Source: Chrysomallon squamiferum (lineage: Eukaryota > Animalia > Mollusca). From it: a stretch of DNA of 64,000 bases. A program made the position numbers and the translations under genes. The notes beneath the pieces are model-generated. The model was not told the DNA's origin, did not search any database, and saw only the letters and a list, made by a program, of their open reading frames with translations. This document shows, piece by piece, positions 56,369 to 64,000 of this stretch (position 1 is the first letter of the stretch; each line of letters opens with the position of its first letter). The stretch spans positions 7,378,001 to 7,442,000 of the forward strand of contig CM022673.1 of the NCBI GenBank assembly GCA_012295275.1. The letters are read 5' to 3'.

Positions 56369-56674
56369 CATGTACAAATGTATGTATAACTATCTTCGTT
56401 ATTTTTTAATTTCCTTGTGCCAATTTTTTCTCCAGTTTTCTCAAGATCCATTCAGCTCTTAACGTATTCTTGTTGTTTTCCGCTCACATTAATACGATAT
56501 CTCTGTACGTTATCCTTTATCACTATAAACAGAGATCGTGTAGCTGCCTAATAATTGTGTTGCTTTGTTAGCCCTATTACATGCCATTACCTCTAGATAT
56601 ATGTTTCTTCCTGACTTAACTCTGCCATTAATCCTAACAACAAATTAATGATTCACATCCTCTGTGTGGTCTTT

Positions 56675-56705
<31 letters not shown>

Positions 56706-56961
56706 TGTGGGGGTACGATTGACTAATTCTTCCCATCACAGATGTAGCCCACCCGAAATGATATCTGGGCCTTAATTTCTTTAAAAAAAAACTTTTCTTA
56801 TGTTAGTCTAAATGTTTCCTTTAGTCTGTTTTCACAACCCAAACCCAAGGCTGAGGTTTCCGGGGAGAAGGTGCGTATACAATATAATCTGCTAGGAATC
56901 TGACAGAGTAATCCAAAGAAAATACGACTGTAGCTTCTCATGTATAACGTATATTTGCGTG

Positions 56962-56996
<35 letters not shown>

Positions 56997-57121
56997 GCAG
57001 CATTTTATTTTATGTCAATTTTGTTATGATCATATAAAATATTAAACAAAATGTAGATCCGACGGAAATAGTTCTATGTCTCTCGTAACTGTGATGACAA
57101 AGTAGCAAAATATTTGATATT

Positions 57122-57320
57122 TATTAACAGTTGGACCACGTATTTTATATTAACAGTTGGACAAAATAGTTAGTTTTATGTTCATTAACAGTTGGACAAA
57201 ATAGTTAGTTTTATGTTCATTAACAGTTGGACAAAATAGTTAGTTTTATGTTCATTAACAGTTGGACAAAATATGTTATATCAACAGTTGGACAAAATAT
57301 TTTATGTTCATTAACAGTTA
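57122..57320. repeat. 35-bp minisatellite (TTCATTAACAGTTGGACAAAATAGTTAGTTTTATG), ~7 full or partial copies
   Basis: Exact 35-nt period at 57181, 57216 and 57251, with shorter flanking variants sharing AACAGTTGGAC. Confidence 0.9.
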
Positions 57321-58294
57321 GATCCATTCGGAAGAAATCCATTAAAAAGAGTAATTTATTACAATAAAAATAAAAACTTGTTAAAACAAATTAATTTTTA
57401 GCGCATTTTCTGTTTTCGTATAAAATTTGTAACACGAAAACAAATATTAAGAGGATATGATGATGGAACAAAAATGTTTTTTTTATTTGTTCAAGGTTAG
57501 AATCCCATGGGTTTTTTTCTTTCTTTCTTTCTTGTTTTTCTTCTTAAAAAGAGTAATTTATTACAATAAAAAAAAAAAAACGTGCCAAAACAAATTAATT
57601 TTTAACAGATGTTTTCTGTTTTCGTGGAGAATTTGTAACCGGAAAAATATTACGATGACGATACTGATAAAAAAAAAAATGATGACGGATACTGATGACG
57701 AAATTTAAACAGTTAATCCAAATTATTAAAGGGAGCCTGTAATAACATCAACCATGTTTTTCTTCTCTTCATTTTTTCACTTTAATTTCAGTTTATAATT
57801 TAAATATATATCAGCGTTTACAAGCTGAATCACCATAAAGGAGATATTGCGTTTTTGTTTCTTCTTTTATTTTTTTTTTTTTTTTTTTTTTTTCTCCCAT
57901 ACAAGTATTTATTTACGTACATTAAAAATTTGTTCTGTGTAACTAGAATCCGAAATCAAACAATGATTAACAAGGCGGCTGGTGAGTTGTTATTAAGTCT
58001 GTGTTAGTAAGTAAACCGAACGTATAAATCAAGCTGAGGTGAGAACATCTAGCGACTGAATCAGTGTTTATTGCCGATATCCTTGTAGTTTGAACATTCG
58101 ACGATATGTTTATATCGACAGATATGTAATTTATTTCACTCACGTGTTATTCGTGTCACGAAAAGTTTGTAAATTACTGAATAAAATCTTAAAACTGTAA
58201 AGGTATTGTTTGTGCTTCTTTTTTTTTATTTTATTTTTTAATTTTTTTTCTTCTGTTTATTTGTTGTCGTGCTCTTTTGTGATTTGATTTTATA

Positions 58295-58342
<48 letters not shown>

Positions 58343-58451
58343 TGGTGTTTTTTTTGTTGTTTATTGTTGTTGTTTTTGTTGCTGTTGCTGTTGTTCTTGT
58401 TTGGGGGTTCTGAAATCTTTATTTTCTATTCGCAGTCGTTTTTGAAAAGAA

Positions 58452-58484
<33 letters not shown>

Positions 58485-58994
58485 TTTTGGCTATTGTTTT
58501 ATTTGTTTTTCAAAAAGCAGCTTGTGTTTTCATGTTTTTGTTTATCCGTCTTTTACTCTGTGTGTTTCTTTTATTTATTTATTTATTTATTTACTTTATT
58601 TTATTTTATTTTATTTTATTTTATTTAGTTTAATTTAGTTTAGTTTAGTTTTTATTTATTTATTTATTTATTTATTTAGTTTAATTTAGTTTAGTTTATT
58701 TTTTATTTAATTTTTTATTTATTTATTTATTTTTTTTTTTTTAATTTTATTTACTTACTTACTTATTTATTTATTTTAATTTTATTTTTATTGGAAATAA
58801 TAAACTAATTCATGTTTGTTTAATGACCCAATAACATATTTAATTATTTATTTTTATTATGATGATACTGAAAAAAAACACACACCTGCACATGTTATTA
58901 AATATTATTGAATAAAAACCGCAGACATGAAAATGAAACTGTATGTGTAATTAAATAAAATCTAATATTTTATATATATCTTGAGTATATTTTT

Positions 58995-59032
<38 letters not shown>

Positions 59033-59121
59033 ATTTGAACACGTTAATGAAATTATTCTAAACATTTACATAGTGTGCTGGATTTTTTTGTAATTATTAT
59101 TATTACTATTATTATTATTAT

Positions 59122-59176
<55 letters not shown>

Positions 59177-59231
59177 TGTAGTTCTTGTATTGCAGCCATT
59201 GCTGGTGTTGTTGCGACATCTGTTTTGTTGA

Positions 59232-59306
<75 letters not shown>

Positions 59307-60224
59307 TTGTTGTTGTTGTATTCTTATAAAATTATGATTTTCGTAATTTTTGTAACATAATTTTTTTGTATGAGGTGTTTTCTACTTTCGTTGGAGGTTT
59401 TTCTTTTTGTTTTCATTTTTACCCGTTCTTTATTTTTTATTATTTATTTATTTTTTATTTTATTTAATTTTTTTATTTGTTTATTTGTTTATTTTTTTTT
59501 TTTTTCGTTGTTATATAATAGTTTTTCTTCTTCTTCTTTCTTGTATTTTTCCTACTAAATACGTTAGACAGACATATGAGATAGGAAAATTTGAAAAAAA
59601 AAAAAAAAAAAAAAATATTTTACACATTAGAAGTTACTGGATGCATGAAAAACAGTAATTGCCACACTTAGTTGTATGAGTCTGAAAAGAAATTTATTCA
59701 TTTTGTTTTTCATTTAACAGGAAATGATATTTTACATTTATTTTCCCTCGTATAGGTCGACGTGATCAAAAAGATATATTTTAATCATTCTTTATAGCAT
59801 AGCCAAGTATTGAAAATGTGCCTGTCTTATGTTAAATTTTTTCTATTACTTGTCGAAAAGTGTCGGTTTCAAATAAATTATATGAAGACCGAAGGAAATC
59901 TCTTTATGCATTGAAATATTTTTACAGCAAAAGTTCAAGAAGCTATTTTTTAAAATATTCTTTTAATTCTTTCCAGAAATAATCTATTATTACTTTATTA
60001 AATATTTTGTGAATAATTTCAAGCTATATTATGCTTGATAAATAATTGTTTTGTTTTGTCTTGTTGTTTGTGTTGTTTTTGTTTTGTTTTGTTTTGTTTC
60101 TTTTTGTTGTTGTTGTTGTTGTTTTAGTGTGTTTTGGGATGGGATTGTTTTATTTTTTGTAACTGTTTTTTTTTTTTTTTTTTTTTTAATTTGATTTTTG
60201 TTGTTGTTTTCTTCTCATTTTCTT

Positions 60225-60263
<39 letters not shown>

Positions 60264-61793
60264 ATACCCTCCTTTTGTTTTTATTTTTCAATCAAAAGCG
60301 AGGTATTTGAAAAAAAAAACACATCAAATTATTTTCATTTTATTATAGCTACATCTAAGAGCCATCTCAAATAAAAATGAAGACAGATAATATAACTGAA
60401 TGGGTAATACAAAACCAAACGGCAAATATATAATACACTTATTACTGAAGAAAGGTTACCTCATTTGTTGGTATAAGAAGAAGAAGAAGAAAATGTATAG
60501 AACGGAACTGCTTCGTTTTATTGGAAGAAAAACAAAAATGTTCTCCTGGTTATGCTTTTTATCCAAGCAATGTGTTAATCAATGATTTCTTTTCTTTATC
60601 TTTTACCGATTGTAATGAATCATCGTTCAAAAGCTTTGGGATTGGTGTTGTGCAGACATCTTCTGTTAAAACGAAATAAAATTTAAAAAAATGGAATACC
60701 CATGAATGAATGAATTAATGAATTAATTAATTAATCAGTCATTCAATCAATCAAAGAAGAAAGATGTAAAAAAAAAAAAAAAAAAAAATAAAAAAAAAGG
60801 AAATGAACGAAACAAAACAAGAAGGAAGGAAGGAATGTACGGTGAATGAATGAATTAGGAACAAAAGTAAAAATAAAATGAATGAATGAATGAACTAAGA
60901 AAGAAATTAATGAACGAATGAATGTATGAATGTAAATAACGAACGAATAAATGGACAAATTAACGAATGAGCGAAAGAGAAAAAGAGCGAACGAACGAAT
61001 GAATGAATAAATAAATGAATGAATGATTAAGAACTGAAGACCGCCATATGGAAGAGCTTTAGGTACATAAGTACACAACTGAAAACACGTTTCATTACAA
61101 AACAAACTAAATTATATTTGTAGCAATATTGCTGCCTTTTATTGTGTAATATTACTCTTAACAGCCGGCTGATTTAACATTATAAACAAAATCAATGTCA
61201 TTTATAATTTTTCAGACAAGCAACGGCAGTGAGAATAAAATTCAACTGAGGGCATGATCGGTATGTGAATTGTTATGAAGTATTCACTCTTTCAAACATT
61301 CGTCAGATTTTTGGGGGTGTTTTAGAACTTGTAATGTCTTTTATTTGTTTGTTTCTTTATTCTTTTCTTGTCTTTTTTTTTTTTTTTTTTTTTTTTTTTT
61401 GCCGTCGTATGTTTTGTTGTGTTGGTGTTTTATTTTATTTTATTTTATTTTTAGGGTAGTTTGTTATCGTTGTCATTTTTTATCTTCCTTTTTTTAATTT
61501 TTTGAGACTTATTTTTTCAAAGTGGTTTAAATAATATGCTAATTTAAGAAAATAATCGTATTTGCTTTTAGTATAATTTTTTTCTGCTGCAAAAAATCAG
61601 CCTTCCACCTTCCATAGTTAAAAAAAAAAAATAATAATAATAATAATAATAAATCAAATCTTTAAAATATTTTTGTATCCTTTGTTTTCATGAGCTGGAA
61701 TAGAACGTGTACACATAATATGCTTTTACCCAATAAATAAATATAAAAATAAAAAATGTTTACACGTACTTTTATGTACATTAACCTTTCATG

Positions 61794-61838
<45 letters not shown>

Positions 61839-62966
61839 CTTTTTTTTATTCTTCTTTTTTCTTTCAATCTTTCTAGGGTTTTGGGGCTTTTTTTTAACAA
61901 TGCACTGGTCTCACATAACATGTAAAGGTCTTAGGAGAACTATAATCATCCAAAGAATATCGTTTATAAGATAACAGATGCTGGTGTTATGTTTTTAAAA
62001 ATTTAGCGTAATTCTCACCCACGGGTGCAGCTAAATACGACTGACTTGCATTCAGAGTTTGAAGAGATCTTATTAATATTTATTATAGTTTAATTCAAAT
62101 TCGTTTCTTATTTCTTAGAGTTTCAAATGTCTTTGGTTCTCAGCGTTTATATAGCAGTATTGATATTTCAAACCCCCGAAGTGATAACATAAGCAAAAAG
62201 GCAGGAAGAGTAAATGTCATATAAATATATAAAAAAATATAATAAAAAAATAATATAAAAAAATAGAAATAAATAAATAAATAAATAAATAAAATAATAA
62301 TAATAATAATAAAAACAATATTCCATTATATAAAATAAGGTACTGTAAATCAATCAATAAATCAGTCAATAAATAAATAAATAAATAAATAAGTAGAATC
62401 AGTAATTGAAACAGATGCAATAATTTAAAGAAAAGAAGCAATACACACACACACAAACGCACGTGCGCGCACACACACACAAACACACACACATACATAC
62501 ACAGACAAGAAAATCGAATAATAAAATAAAATAAAATAAACAAAAACAAAAACCTGACCTCACCAATCTTTATACAAAACCATAGCTTAGTACATATTTC
62601 TAACATGTTGTCAAATAATTTTAATAGTTGAAAAAAAATGAAAAAAATCAATAGTTTTGTCATATATGCCTATTATATAAGTTAAGTTTTATATATATTG
62701 CTGAACAGAAGGAGCATTGACATACTGACTGCAACACACGGCAATTTATGTCACAAAATCTTTTAAACCTTACTAAGAAAATAAATATTTAAACTAATAT
62801 AAAAGTCAGAGTAACGAAAAAACAAACAAAGCATTAAACAAATAGAAGTTCTCAAAGTCTGATTTAATAAAACACGAAAACACAATGGCAGTAAATAGTC
62901 GCGTGATTTAACAGCTGAAAAATAAATCAGTTTAATTTGTAGTCAATAAAATAAAGTAAATAAACT

Positions 62967-63001
<35 letters not shown>

Positions 63002-63072
63002 AATGTTAAAATATCTTCTAATTTCTTATCTTTGCAGTTTCAATATAATCTCGGTTATCTGTGAATTTGGAG

Positions 63073-63103
<31 letters not shown>

Positions 63104-63967
63104 TTTTTTTTACTAATTTCTGATATTGCAATTTTTTTTTACTTTTTCTTTTTTTGGTATTTCGGAAAACGGGGTTTATTACTATTTATAACTTAATGTA
63201 TTAGAAAATATTTGTTATGTGCAAAATGCTACGACAACAGTCTTAAATTTTACTTTAATTTAATATATAAATTAGGGAATATTGGTGCATTATTACGTCG
63301 TGAACATGGAACATAAATTTTAATTTTTGGGGAATATTGATGTATATAACAAGTTCATATTAAGTTCCAGCCTATAACTCATATACAGCGAATCTAGACT
63401 TTACATCAGATAAAACTGGTGTAAATATATTACTGCTTGAAGAACTGTTGTAACTACACAATGAAATCTAGTATTGCTATCATATATTAGATTATTCTAT
63501 TAGATTACGTAAACTTACAGTTCATACTCTAATACCACTGTTAATATAAATACTAATATAATTATTATTCCTACTGAGAATATTATTAATTCTGGTTTTA
63601 CTTCTGTATTTACTTCTACAATTTATGTCATTAAAAAGTCTGCTTGTTGTAAAGTTGTAGTAGAACTTTTAGTAGTTCCAAAGTTGTAGTAGTTGTCGAT
63701 GGTGTAGTAGTAGTAGTAGTAGTACCATTAGTAGTAGTAGTTGTTGATGTTCTAGTAGTAGTAGTAGTAGTGCCATAACTGCTGATATTACAATAACGAA
63801 TACCAATAACACGGATTTTCTTACTTTTGCTAGAACATCTACAACTAAATAGCTATTATTATTATTACTAATAATAATAATAATATTTATTTATTTATTT
63901 TACACACACGCACACACACACACACACACATGCACATGCACACACACACACACACATATAAATACAT

Positions 63968-63998
<31 letters not shown>

Positions 63999-64000
63999 TT

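Overview
This window is AT-rich, microsatellite-dense animal genomic DNA, most likely from an invertebrate bilaterian; the species cannot be determined from the sequence. It holds one protein-coding gene, a 4-exon Dbx (developing brain homeobox, NKL/ANTP class) orthologue on the + strand. The CDS is join(33119..33440,43543..43731,51270..51469,53600..53902) = 1014 nt, 337 aa. All introns are GT-AG and phase-compatible (1,1,0). A GC-box/CCAAT/TATA promoter lies at ~32.6 kb. The ~32 kb upstream has no other coding gene. It contains one intact tRNA-Pro(AGG) gene, two progressively decayed tRNA-Pro copies on the same strand, mini/satellite arrays and CpG-richer islands that look like cis-regulatory modules. 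Nearly all other ORFs in the track are microsatellite artefacts. I found no clearly novel multi-gene system. The best leads are regulatory: a perfect Gli site in Dbx intron 2, minisatellites that multimerise TCF/Fox/homeodomain motifs, a candidate poison exon, and a Cys/His cluster in Dbx exon 2.
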